A stretch of DNA of 59,849 nt from Alphaproteobacteria bacterium (GTDB lineage Bacteria; Pseudomonadota; Alphaproteobacteria; Rs-D84). The stretch covers positions 1-59,849 of the forward strand of contig JAGBSK010000003.1 of the NCBI GenBank assembly GCA_017631895.1, written 5' to 3'. This document shows, piece after piece, positions 28,421-37,892 of this stretch (its first letter is position 1; each line of letters begins with the position of its first letter). Both the position numbers and the translations under genes were made by a program. The notes below the pieces were generated by a model, which was not told where the DNA came from, did no database searches, and saw only the letters and a program-made list of their open reading frames with translations.

Positions 28421-28449
28421 TTGCATTTTGTGGATTTTATGTCTATAAT
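28421..28449 (+). promoter_or_regulatory. Sigma70 promoter of tRNA-Lys
   Basis: TTGCAT-N17-TATAAT. Confidence 0.7.
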
Positions 28450-28466
28450 ATGCCCCGTTCAGTTCT

Positions 28467-28542
28467 GGATGCGTAGCTCAGTTGGTAGAGCAACTGACTC
28501 TTAATCAGTGGGTCCAGGGTTCGAGTCCCTGCGCGTCCACCA
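28467..28542 (+). tRNA. tRNA-Lys (CTT)
   Basis: 76-nt cloverleaf; anticodon arm ACTGA-CTCTTAA-TCAGT; GGTTCGAGTCC T-arm; encoded CCA. Confidence 0.97.
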
Positions 28543-28692
28543 GATATAGGCGACCACAAATGTGGTCGTTTTTTTATTTGTTTTTGATTTTTTCCCCAGG
28601 GATTCATACCTATGTAAATATTTATACTGTCTTGATAGAATATGGGTGTTGACATGGAACTTTGAAACACAAAAAACACAAAAGGAGAGAAA

Positions 28693-29304
28693 ATGAAAAA
28701 ATTAGCAATTTCAACACTAGCGGTGCTGATTGCGTGTCCTGCGTTCGCGATGAATCATCCAGACCAGGGTAGCAGTTGGACCATGTGGGGGTTGGATCCA
28801 TATGTTGGATTAAGAGGCGGTATGAGTTATACCAATCTGAACTATAAATACGAGGGTGACAAGGAATCTATGACAGATTATATTTTCCAGGGTCGTGCCG
28901 CATTAGGTTTGGAAGTTTGTGATACTGTTCGTTCTGAAATCGAATGGTCTTATTTTGGTAAATTGTCAGACCAGCAGAATTTTGGTTCCTTTGGTGCAAT
29001 TGATGTGGAAACAAAATTGCAGACTTTGTTGTGGAATTCTTATTGGGAATACAGCGCGTACAAGGTTGTTCGACCTTTCGTAGGCGCAGGTGTTGGTATG
29101 GCGTTTGCAGATGTTAAACGTCATGGCGACTTGATTCCACACCACAGCGAAAGCAAAACCCGTGTTGCAGCACAGGCATCTTTGGGTATGACATTTGATA
29201 TGGAACGCTTTGCGGTTGATGTCGCGGCGCGTTATACTTATGTTGATATTCAATCTGGGTTGCATAACTTTGGTGGTGATGTCGGTATTAGATTTATGTT
29301 CTAA
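28693..29304 (+). CDS. Small outer-membrane beta-barrel (OmpA-TM/opacity-like)
   Basis: Signal peptide; RPFVGAGVG; C-terminal GIRFMF. Confidence 0.85.
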   Translation: MKKLAISTLAVLIACPAFAMNHPDQGSSWTMWGLDPYVGLRGGMSYTNLNYKYEGDKESMTDYIFQGRAALGLEVCDTVRSEIEWSYFGKLSDQQNFGSFGAIDVETKLQTLLWNSYWEYSAYKVVRPFVGAGVGMAFADVKRHGDLIPHHSESKTRVAAQASLGMTFDMERFAVDVAARYTYVDIQSGLHNFGGDVGIRFMF

Positions 29305-29309
29305 TATGC

Positions 29310-29337
29310 AAAAATCCCGCGAGAGCGGGATTTTTTT
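29310..29337. terminator. Intrinsic terminator
   Basis: AAAAATCCCGC-GAGA-GCGGGATTTTT. Confidence 0.85.
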
Positions 29338-29458
29338 AATGCATGAGATAAATAGATGAATGTTTGATATATCCAGATTATAGTGTCCAGTATTAACAAA
29401 TCCCCCTATGTCCACCCACGCAAACATTTGTTTGTGCGGGGCCCGGGTGGGGGATTTG

Positions 29459-29815
29459 TTAGGCTAATTTTGCAAGGGCAAGTTTGTTTAGAAAACCGTC
29501 TTCGATGCCGCTAAGTAATGAATTTAAACCTTCGTTTGTTTCGCCGTCGGTTTGTAATTCTTCCAGGTGTGATATTATAATCATGCACATTTTTTCTAAA
29601 TCGCGGTTGATTAATTTTGGATTCAGGATGTCTGGTTTGAAAACTTTTTTATTGTCGTCCGCCATAAAATAATTTTCTGCAATCGAATCGACCCAGGTGT
29701 CAATATCTTCGGTCAGACGGTCGAATAACAGGTGTTTAGAATAATTGTCTGTGGACCAGTGGTTTATCTTGCATGCGTATTTGAACGCGATTAAATGCTG
29801 CATTAATATGTACAT
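29459..29815 (-). CDS. Small ferritin/Dps-like four-helix protein
   Basis: HW....Y..H..FD.L.E.I...VD.IAE pattern. Confidence 0.7.
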   Translation of the reverse strand: MYILMQHLIAFKYACKINHWSTDNYSKHLLFDRLTEDIDTWVDSIAENYFMADDNKKVFKPDILNPKLINRDLEKMCMIIISHLEELQTDGETNEGLNSLLSGIEDGFLNKLALAKLA

Positions 29816-30007
29816 TGTTTTTCCCCTTTGATTTGTTGTGTGTGTTGAAAATATCACAAAGTTTTTTGTGTTGTTATAGGAGTGATTTCAAATCTTGCTG
29901 TACGCACTGTTTCCGCCAATTCCTGGGAAATCAAACCTGGGGTAAATAGTGTTTTTTTATAGTATGCTGGTGTTGTGTAAATACACGGAACAAAAGGAGA
30001 AAATAAT

Positions 30008-30565
30008 ATGAAAAACTTAACCAAAAAATTATTTATGTTTGCATCTGTTTTGGGTGCGGCGGTACTGTTGTCTGGGTGTATGATGGACTGTCCAAATAAA
30101 AAAGCATACCATCATAAGTCTGCCCAGCGTGTTCAGCCTGTGGCAATTGTAGAAGAAACGGACGCCATTGTTGTTTATCAGACCTATGAAGATGCCGATG
30201 TAAATCACGTTTATGCAAAAATGTACACACACAGCAGTCGTGGTGGTGAATCAAAAATGGGGCACATCAAATTCAAAGATACTGATAATGGTTTGAAGAT
30301 GACTGTGGATCTGAAAGATTTGCGTCCAGGCGTGCCATACACAGTAAAAATGTATCAGTGTAGCGCGTGCTATAATGATGCAGCATGTTGCAATAATTCT
30401 AAACAGATAAATGTCCAGTTGCCTATGTTGCAAGCCGGGACAAGCCGTCATTTGAATCAGACCTATATGATTCAGGGCTTAAGTGCCGCACAGTTAAATG
30501 GCGCAAATATCTATCTGGAACGTGATGGTGGTTATAAAGCCGGATGGGGCAAATTGGAAAAATAA
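30008..30565 (+). CDS. Lipoprotein with a Cu/Zn-SOD-like beta-sandwich lacking His ligands
   Basis: Lipobox LSGC; GHIKFKDTDNGLKMTVDLKDLRPG resembles the SodC N-terminal strands. Confidence 0.6.
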   Translation: MKNLTKKLFMFASVLGAAVLLSGCMMDCPNKKAYHHKSAQRVQPVAIVEETDAIVVYQTYEDADVNHVYAKMYTHSSRGGESKMGHIKFKDTDNGLKMTVDLKDLRPGVPYTVKMYQCSACYNDAACCNNSKQINVQLPMLQAGTSRHLNQTYMIQGLSAAQLNGANIYLERDGGYKAGWGKLEK

Positions 30566-30671
30566 TTTTGTATAAATAACAGGTGTCCAGCCCCGGTGAA
30601 ATACCGGGGTGTTTTTATATTTTGGCTTTGGGAATATATGCCTGTGTGCTAAGGTTGGGTCAAGGTGGTAA

Positions 30672-32204
30672 ATGAGAAAGATTTCCGTTGTTTTATGTTT
30701 GTGGTGTACGTGCATGTTTGGCGCGGTTGCCGATTCGTTTATGGGTGATGAATTTAGTGCGGTTGTTAATTTAACGATGGATAGCGTGGTCTATGAAAAC
30801 GTATTGTTTCAACCAGGGGGAGTAAATGTTGATGATAACATTGACTTTATAAATAATGGTCGCGTTCATAGCACTTTTTCGGTTTGTGATGGGTGCGAAA
30901 TTTTTATTTATAACCGTGGTGATTTTGTTGCGGACTTTGATTTGGGAAATAATGCAAGGGTTGTTCAGGTTGTGTCCAATGCAACGGAATGGAATCCAAT
31001 AGAAACAGATGTCAAATATACCCTGGTGATTGACGGGGTTAAAAATTTTGGGACAAATGGTGTTTTTAATGGTGGTGCGTTAGAAAATGTTATTTTGAAA
31101 GATTCTGTGTTAAGGATGTCTGATATTGATTTCGTTGACGGAACGCAAGTATATTTGCGTGGCGATATTGTATTTATCGTCGATGATTTAAGCGGACTGT
31201 ATGATGGGCCGATAATGGATAATGTGTCTGGTGATGGACGTGTGCGGATTCAGAATAATAGCGCAAATCCACTGTATGCAGATGTTGGGTATTTGTTGGA
31301 TGGTCAATTATTTGTAAAGCGGGTTCGCGAAACAGACTATAGAAAGATTTTTAATAACGATATGGGGGTGTTTCTGAATGGGTTGCGTGATAAAAATTCT
31401 GATGACGGATTGTTGCGCGCATTGGATGTGGCGACGGACATGGATTCGATACATGATATTATGGCGCGGTCTGTGCGTATGAATCGAGATTTGCTGTTGA
31501 GGTCGGTGCGCGTGCTGGGTGAATTTAATAAATTTTCGTCTGATATTAGAACTGGCGTTGGTGCGAATTTTGATGTTGTGTTTTCTGATAATTTTTATTC
31601 GTATGATGTTGGTGCTCGCTTTGAAGGGGATTTTGATAGGCTTAGAATTGGGTTAGGCTTGCATTTTGGTAATGTAGAATACGAATCCGATTTGGATGTT
31701 TTTAATGGGGTGTATTATGGGCTGAATCTGGGGGTGGATTATTTGATGAAAAATAATCTGTTTATGCGTGGTATGGCAAATGTATTGCGTGTTGATTTTG
31801 ATATGGGTGATGTATTTTATAATGGTGAAATTATCAATAATCCGTCTGCAGTTTATGTTGGTGGCGTGGCGGATTTTGGGTATAGGTGTGAATTTGCCGA
31901 TTCGTTTTATGTCGCACCATTTGCCGGGTTGGATGTGGTTGGAACCGTTGTTGCAGATATTTCCGATATTGATGTTCGTGGTCGGGCTGGGGCGGATGCG
32001 GGTTATGTGTATCAAATGTTAGGAATAAGTTATGATTATGGCGTCGGTATTAACATAAATTCAGATAATGAAATTATGGCAAATGCGCGTGTTGGGGTTT
32101 GGTCGGAACATGACGGGGCAGGGGCAAATATAGGTTTTGCCGTATCGCATATGTTTGATATTTATTCGTATAAAATATCAATTGGTGGTCGGGTCTGGTT
32201 TTAA
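30672..32204 (+). CDS. Autotransporter-like outer-membrane protein
   Basis: Signal peptide, beta-rich passenger, C-terminal barrel strands ending GGRVWF. Confidence 0.65.
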   Translation: MRKISVVLCLWCTCMFGAVADSFMGDEFSAVVNLTMDSVVYENVLFQPGGVNVDDNIDFINNGRVHSTFSVCDGCEIFIYNRGDFVADFDLGNNARVVQVVSNATEWNPIETDVKYTLVIDGVKNFGTNGVFNGGALENVILKDSVLRMSDIDFVDGTQVYLRGDIVFIVDDLSGLYDGPIMDNVSGDGRVRIQNNSANPLYADVGYLLDGQLFVKRVRETDYRKIFNNDMGVFLNGLRDKNSDDGLLRALDVATDMDSIHDIMARSVRMNRDLLLRSVRVLGEFNKFSSDIRTGVGANFDVVFSDNFYSYDVGARFEGDFDRLRIGLGLHFGNVEYESDLDVFNGVYYGLNLGVDYLMKNNLFMRGMANVLRVDFDMGDVFYNGEIINNPSAVYVGGVADFGYRCEFADSFYVAPFAGLDVVGTVVADISDIDVRGRAGADAGYVYQMLGISYDYGVGININSDNEIMANARVGVWSEHDGAGANIGFAVSHMFDIYSYKISIGGRVWF

Positions 32205-32205
32205 T

Positions 32206-33504
32206 TTAATCAATAAATTTGCCACGCAGGGACGCCTTGTTCGCAGCAGTAATTTTTATGTCGGTCAATTCTGGTGCATTATCACGATATTCCACGATGC
32301 ATTGTTGCATAAATGGCGTGCGATATACCAAATGACGACCGGTTTTATCTGTGCCTTCTAACAGGCAGGATAATGTTTTATCAATGCAACCTTCGTTAAA
32401 TTCACGTTGGACTTCGTTCAAATATGTGTCCAGTTTCGCAAGGCGCGCGGCCTTGATGTTTTCTGGAATCTGGTCCTGCATTAATGCCGCCGCCGTATGT
32501 GGGCGTGGTGAATATTTGAACGAGTATGAATTTATATATTTTATTTGTTTGGCGATTTCCATTGTCTGTTCAAAATCCGAATCGGTTTCGCCGGGGAATC
32601 CAACAATAAAGTCTGATGAAATTTGAATGTCTGGACGTGCAATTTTTAATTTGCGAATGATGTCGGTGTATAGTTCCAGACTGTAAGGACGGTTCATTCG
32701 CGTCAAAATATTTTGAGAACCACTTTGAATTGGCATGTTCAAAAATGGCAACAATTTTGGTTCGATTGAAAACATGTCAATCAGGTCGTCTGTCATTTCG
32801 GTTGGATAACTGGATGTAAAGCGTATACGCATGATTTCTGGGATTTTTGCGGTTTCGCGAATCAAGTCAGACAGACGATATAGTGTGCCGTTTTCGTCAA
32901 TAAATTTGTATCCATTTACGTTTTGACCCAAAAAGCAAATTTCAATTGCGCCTGTTTTTGCAGCGTGCAAAGTTTCCGCCATAACCGATTCGAATGAACG
33001 TGAAATTTCGCGTCCACGGGTGTATGGAACAATGCAATATGTGCATACGTGGTTGCAACCTTCTTGGATTGGGATGTATGCGACACGTGGGCTGCGTTCC
33101 ATTTGTGGCAATTCATCGAATTTTTCAAGACCACCTAAATCAATATTCAACAGGCGGGAGTCTGGGTTTTCAAGAATTTGAGGTAATTTGTGATACGATT
33201 GCGGTCCCAAAACAAAATTCAAATCGGGGATTCGACGAAATGCGTCTGCACCCGATTCACGCGCGACACAACCAACAATGCCGAACAGAGCGTTTGGTTT
33301 TTTTGCACGACGAATACGACCCAATGCGGAAAAGACTTTATCCGTTGCCTTGGCACGTACCGCGCAGGTGTTTAATATGATTATGTCTGCGTCGGGAATC
33401 GCGTCTGTACGCACGAATCCGTGGTGTTCCAGCAGACTGGCGATTCGCCACCCGTCATAGACGTTCATTTGACAGCCAAAGGTTTGGATAAAGAACTTTT
33501 TCAT
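32206..33504 (-). CDS. miaB: tRNA-2-methylthio-N6-isopentenyladenosine synthase
   Basis: TFGCQMN, NTCAVR, GCVA, CNHVCTYC radical-SAM motif, SDFIVGFPGET. Confidence 0.95.
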   Translation of the reverse strand: MKKFFIQTFGCQMNVYDGWRIASLLEHHGFVRTDAIPDADIIILNTCAVRAKATDKVFSALGRIRRAKKPNALFGIVGCVARESGADAFRRIPDLNFVLGPQSYHKLPQILENPDSRLLNIDLGGLEKFDELPQMERSPRVAYIPIQEGCNHVCTYCIVPYTRGREISRSFESVMAETLHAAKTGAIEICFLGQNVNGYKFIDENGTLYRLSDLIRETAKIPEIMRIRFTSSYPTEMTDDLIDMFSIEPKLLPFLNMPIQSGSQNILTRMNRPYSLELYTDIIRKLKIARPDIQISSDFIVGFPGETDSDFEQTMEIAKQIKYINSYSFKYSPRPHTAAALMQDQIPENIKAARLAKLDTYLNEVQREFNEGCIDKTLSCLLEGTDKTGRHLVYRTPFMQQCIVEYRDNAPELTDIKITAANKASLRGKFID

Positions 33505-33513
33505 TTTTGTATT

Positions 33514-33684
33514 TTATTTATGTTTTGTTCGTTCGTTGCGCAGACGCTTTAATTGGCGATTGATTGCGGTGTCGTATGCACGACGGCATGCACGCATGCG
33601 TTCGGTCCATTCTGCTTGATGGATTTTAGACTTGGCTTCGGATATTGCCATTTCGCGCAAGATGCGCTTTATAGAAGAGTACAT
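33514..33684 (-). CDS. 56-aa basic small protein, not in the ORF track
   Basis: Manual translation MYSSIKRILREMAISEAKSKIHQAEWTERMRACRRAYDTAINRQLKRLRNERTKHK; fills the gap between the upstream small ORF and miaB. Confidence 0.6.
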   Translation of the reverse strand: MYSSIKRILREMAISEAKSKIHQAEWTERMRACRRAYDTAINRQLKRLRNERTKHK

Positions 33685-33686
33685 TT

Positions 33687-33869
33687 TTATTTGTTCTTGG
33701 TTCTTTCACCGCGTATTTTCTTGGTGCGTGCAGATTGTATTTTGGCACGCGCAGAGTCGTAAGCGGATTTTGCGGTTTCAATTGTAGATGTGTTATCAGC
33801 AACTTCAACTGTGCCGTATTTTACGCCTGTGATATGATTATTTTCAATTATAGCAATTACTTTTGTCAT
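33687..33869 (-). CDS. 60-aa basic small protein
   Basis: MTKVIAII... behind an AAAGGA SD; C-terminus resembles that of the next ORF. Confidence 0.65.
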   Translation of the reverse strand: MTKVIAIIENNHITGVKYGTVEVADNTSTIETAKSAYDSARAKIQSARTKKIRGERTKNK

Positions 33870-33885
33870 TTTGTTTCCTTTTAGT

Positions 33886-35406
33886 TTATGCAAGTTTGTT
33901 TCTTAAAATTTCATTTACAACGGCTGGGTTTGCGGTTCCACCTGTTTTCTTCATTACATTACCAACAAAGAAACCAAGCAAGCCGACTTTACCGGATTTA
34001 TATTGTTCAACCTGGGATGGATTGGCGGCGATGACCTCGTCAACAATGGCTTCGATTGCGCCGGTGTCGGTCATTTGTTTCATGCCAAATTTATCGGCAA
34101 TTTCACGTGGTGTTCCCGATTCGCCGTCCAGCATTTTGATAAAGATTTCTTTGGCCTGTTTGCCGTTGATTGCGTTTTCTGCCAACATGTCAACCAATTC
34201 AGCCAGGTCGGATGGTGTGATAATACGCATTTCATCAACAATGCCAGATTTTTCATTTTTTACATCCCAATTTTCTGGGTGTGCAAACAATTCAGAAATC
34301 ATCCAGTTGGCAACAGATTTTGCGCGTTTTGCATTGCCGGCCACCGCGGTGTCAAACCATTTTGAAATGTCTGTTGTTTCTGTTAAACGTGCCGCGTCAT
34401 AGTCGGAAAGCCCGAAATCATGCGTATAGCGCGCGCGGGTCGCGGATGGTAATTCCGGCATAGTGCGACGGATGCGCTCGATTTGTTCATCAGAAATTTC
34501 AATTGGCAACAGATCTGGGTCTGGGAAATAACGGTAATCCAATGCGTCTTCTTTGCTGCGCATTACAGATGTTGTGCCATCGTCCTGGTGAAAGCGCATT
34601 GTGTCCTGGGATACCGAACCACCGTTTTCATAGGCCTCGATTTGGCGACGTGCCTCGTACTCGATTGCGGTTTTGATAAATTTGAACGATACCATGTTTT
34701 TGGTTTCTGTGCGGGTGCGGAATTCGTTTGAACCCACGGGACGCACGGAAACATTCACGTCTGCGCGCATAGAGCCTTCTTCCATATTTGCGCGTGAGAC
34801 ACCCAAAGCGCGGGCGATTTCACGAATTTCACGCAGATAACGTTCGGCTTCGTCCGGGGATGAAATGTATGAATTGTTTTCTGGATTTTTTGTGTCCAGG
34901 AATGTGACGATTTCCAGCAGGGCAACGCCTGTGCGGTTATAGTCTGCAAAGGATTTTGTTGGATGGACGTCGTGTTTTAATTTGCCTGCGTCCTGTTCCA
35001 GGTGTGCGCGTTCGATAAAGATTTTTTTAGGGTTGCCGTCGTCGCCCATAATTTCAACCCAGCCACGACCAACAACTGGTGGTTCGTCCGCGGGTTGCGA
35101 AATCTGGTACCCCTGGGGCAGGTCAGGGTAAAAATATTGTTTGCGGGCAAAACGACTGTGGCGTGATATTTCTGCGTTCAGCCCCAGTCCCATTTTAATT
35201 GCCTGTTCAACACAGTATTTGTTTAATACTGGCAACATGCCGGGCATGGCCACGTCAACCATAGATACCTGGGGGTTGGGGGCGATGGTTGGGTTATAGT
35301 CCGCTGATGCGCCGCTGAATAATTTCGATTCGGACAGTACTTCGATATGTGTTTCCAGCCCGATTACCAGTTCCCAATCACATGTTTTGCCTTTTATCGT
35401 GAACAT
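33886..35406 (-). CDS. gatB: Asp/Glu-tRNA amidotransferase subunit B
   Basis: IGLETH, YFYPDLP, HLEQDAGK, MRADVNVS, DYRYFPDPDL. Confidence 0.97.
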   Translation of the reverse strand: MFTIKGKTCDWELVIGLETHIEVLSESKLFSGASADYNPTIAPNPQVSMVDVAMPGMLPVLNKYCVEQAIKMGLGLNAEISRHSRFARKQYFYPDLPQGYQISQPADEPPVVGRGWVEIMGDDGNPKKIFIERAHLEQDAGKLKHDVHPTKSFADYNRTGVALLEIVTFLDTKNPENNSYISSPDEAERYLREIREIARALGVSRANMEEGSMRADVNVSVRPVGSNEFRTRTETKNMVSFKFIKTAIEYEARRQIEAYENGGSVSQDTMRFHQDDGTTSVMRSKEDALDYRYFPDPDLLPIEISDEQIERIRRTMPELPSATRARYTHDFGLSDYDAARLTETTDISKWFDTAVAGNAKRAKSVANWMISELFAHPENWDVKNEKSGIVDEMRIITPSDLAELVDMLAENAINGKQAKEIFIKMLDGESGTPREIADKFGMKQMTDTGAIEAIVDEVIAANPSQVEQYKSGKVGLLGFFVGNVMKKTGGTANPAVVNEILRNKLA

Positions 35407-35461
35407 TTTGTCTTTTTCCCTTGCTTTTTTGTTTTTCGTATCTTATTATTGTCCTCGCGTT

Positions 35462-35537
35462 GGCTAGGTAGCTCAGTTGGTAGAGCAAGGGACTGAAAAT
35501 CCCTGTGTCGGCGGTTCGATTCCGTCCCTAGCCACCA
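35462..35537 (+). tRNA. tRNA-Phe (GAA)
   Basis: 76-nt cloverleaf; anticodon arm AGGGA-CTGAAAA-TCCCT; GGTTCGATTCC; encoded CCA. Confidence 0.97.
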
Positions 35538-35605
35538 TCTCCTTTCTGAATTCGACCGTGTGGTCGATTTTTTTATTGCAGAAAGGTGTGGACGTTACTT
35601 TCATT

Positions 35606-37072
35606 TTATTTTCCCATAATCGTTGTTGGGCGGTTGTCAATCCCCGCCGCGGTTTCGATATGCTTTGCCAATTGCAGAACGCGTTTGTCGTCAAAGCGTG
35701 GCCCAACAACCTGCATGCCCAATGGCAGACCGTTTTGTGCCAGACCACATGGTACGCTGCATGCCGGAACACCCGCCAGATTCATAGCAACCGTGAACAA
35801 ATCCAATGCATAATATTCCAATGGACTTAGGTCTGAATCCAATGGCATTGCAGTGCCGGCAGATGATGGGCATACAATTAAATCACATTGTTCGAATGCG
35901 GTGTTAAAACTGTCCGCAAGCATGCGACGAACGCGGGCCGCCTGCATGAAATAAACGTCATAGGATTCGCTGGATAAAACGGCTGTGCCAATAATCATAC
36001 GGCGTTGCACTTCGTCCCCAAAGCCGGCGGCACGGGTCTTTTTATATGTGTCGATTAAATCTGAACCTTCGACGCGCAGACCATAGCGCATGCCGTCATA
36101 GCGCGCCAGGTTTGATGATGCCTCGGCTGGGGCGATGATATAATATGCCGCCAATGCGTCCAGAATGTTTGGAATGGATACTTCGACAATTTCTGCGCCC
36201 ATAGATTTCAAATCGGCAATGCGTTTTTCGAACAATGCCTTCATGTCGTCTGAAATTTTAACATCATTAAATTCACGGATAACACCAACACGTAATTTTT
36301 TGCCGTCGCCCAGAATTGGTTCCAATGGTGCGTTGCAGATAAATCCGTTTGGTGCGCTGGTTGAATCCAGTGGGTCGTGTCCCGCCATGGCGGTCAGCAT
36401 TAATGCCGCGTCATCGACCGTGCGTGTGATGGGGCCCGGCGTGTCCAAAGAAGATGCAAATGCAACACAGCCCCAGCGTGAGCATAGACCGTATGTAGGC
36501 TTCATACCGACCATGCCGGTAATTGCCGCAGGGAAACGGATTGAGCCGCCTGTGTCGGTGCCCGTTGCGGCGATGGCAAGCCCGCCCGCCACCGCGGATG
36601 TGGAACCGCCCGATGAACCACCAGCAGTCAATTTTTGTTCCATTTGCCATGGGTTGATTGGCGCGCCAAAGTATGATGTCTTGCTGAATGTTCCCATGGC
36701 GAATTCGTCCAGATTTGCCTTGCCCAATAAAACTGTGCCGGCGTTGATTAAATTCTGGGAAACGGTTGATTCGTATTCTGGGACAAAGTTTTCCAGCATA
36801 CGTGATGCCGCCGTTGTGCGAATGCCACGTGTTGCGAATAAATCCTTCATCGCGATTGGCAATCCATCCAAGGGCAGGGCATTACCCGCCGCGCGACGTG
36901 CATCAGATGCCGCAGCATCGGCCATGGCGCGTTCGGGGGTTGTTGTAATATAGCAATTCAAATCCGCGCCATATTTTTCAATGCGGTCAAGGTATGCGCG
37001 TGTCAGTTCAACCGCGGAAATTTCACCGCTGTTCAGTTTCTGTAATGCTTCGGTTAAGGTTAGGTTTATCAT
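35606..37072 (-). CDS. gatA: Asp/Glu-tRNA amidotransferase subunit A
   Basis: KD, GGSSGGS, GTDTGGSIR, SSNLARYDG. Confidence 0.97.
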   Translation of the reverse strand: MINLTLTEALQKLNSGEISAVELTRAYLDRIEKYGADLNCYITTTPERAMADAAASDARRAAGNALPLDGLPIAMKDLFATRGIRTTAASRMLENFVPEYESTVSQNLINAGTVLLGKANLDEFAMGTFSKTSYFGAPINPWQMEQKLTAGGSSGGSTSAVAGGLAIAATGTDTGGSIRFPAAITGMVGMKPTYGLCSRWGCVAFASSLDTPGPITRTVDDAALMLTAMAGHDPLDSTSAPNGFICNAPLEPILGDGKKLRVGVIREFNDVKISDDMKALFEKRIADLKSMGAEIVEVSIPNILDALAAYYIIAPAEASSNLARYDGMRYGLRVEGSDLIDTYKKTRAAGFGDEVQRRMIIGTAVLSSESYDVYFMQAARVRRMLADSFNTAFEQCDLIVCPSSAGTAMPLDSDLSPLEYYALDLFTVAMNLAGVPACSVPCGLAQNGLPLGMQVVGPRFDDKRVLQLAKHIETAAGIDNRPTTIMGK

Positions 37073-37076
37073 ATCT

Positions 37077-37373
37077 TTATTCTCCGTCCATAACTTTTGG
37101 TACTGCGAAATATCCGCGGGATGTACCGGCGTTGTCGGGTGTGTTTGCCAAGACTAAATCACGAATGTTGCCGTCGGTGACCACGTCGTCGCGCATTGGT
37201 AATTTGTGTTCCGATGGGTTCAGTAATGGTTTAACACCTGTTGTGTCAATTTTTTGTAATTTGTCCAGCCATTCAACAACCGAATCAATATTCATTTGGG
37301 CCAATTTTTCATCGGAAATTTCAATGCGTATCAGGTTCGCGAATTTTTGTAATTGTTGCTTGCTAAATGCCAT
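37077..37373 (-). CDS. gatC: Asp/Glu-tRNA amidotransferase subunit C
   Basis: DTTGVKP, MRDDVV, YFAVPKV; upstream of gatA. Confidence 0.92.
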   Translation of the reverse strand: MAFSKQQLQKFANLIRIEISDEKLAQMNIDSVVEWLDKLQKIDTTGVKPLLNPSEHKLPMRDDVVTDGNIRDLVLANTPDNAGTSRGYFAVPKVMDGE

Positions 37374-37410
37374 TTTCAATCCTATATTTATAAAGTAAAG
37401 GAATTATACA

Positions 37411-37860
37411 ATGATTTTGCCAGATTTCAAGGCTTTTCCGCGTGCTGGGCGCATTTTAGGGGTTGATTGGGGATTGCGTCGAATTGGGGTTGCTGTGTCA
37501 GACCCAACGCATGAATTTGTGTTTGTACGCGATGTTATTTCTGTGCCACGTGGTGCCACGTCGCATGCACGAATGGTTGCGGATGTTGCACGTGCTGAAA
37601 ATGCCGTTGGGATTGTTGTTGGTTTGCCTGTGCGTGGGGACGGGACCGATTCCGATACAACACAGATGGTTCGGAAATTTGTCGCGGATTTAGAAACTAA
37701 AATAGATTTGCCTATCTGTTTGATAGAAGAAAATCTAACGTCCGCTGTTGCCCAGGAAAATATGGGGCGTGTTCGTGTGCGGGATTTGAAGGAAAAATTG
37801 GATTCTGAATCCGCACGTGTAATTTTGGAAAATGCAATTGCGATGATAAATCGGGCTTAA
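37411..37860 (+). CDS. ruvX: RuvX/YqgF family nuclease
   Basis: ILGVDWGLRRIGVAVSD, VVGLP, EENLTS, DSESA. Confidence 0.9.
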   Translation: MILPDFKAFPRAGRILGVDWGLRRIGVAVSDPTHEFVFVRDVISVPRGATSHARMVADVARAENAVGIVVGLPVRGDGTDSDTTQMVRKFVADLETKIDLPICLIEENLTSAVAQENMGRVRVRDLKEKLDSESARVILENAIAMINRA

Positions 37861-37892
37861 AAAAGCCCGGTTTTTATGCGTATAGCGCGTTT

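Noticed and set aside
28467-28542. Integrative element at tRNA-Lys or tRNA-Phe
   Set aside because: I found no duplicated tRNA 3' end and no integrase.
36165-36953. Long antisense ORFs (262 aa opposite gatA, 218 aa opposite sufS, 199 aa opposite gltX)
   Set aside because: They are shadow frames of well-supported genes and carry no motifs of their own.
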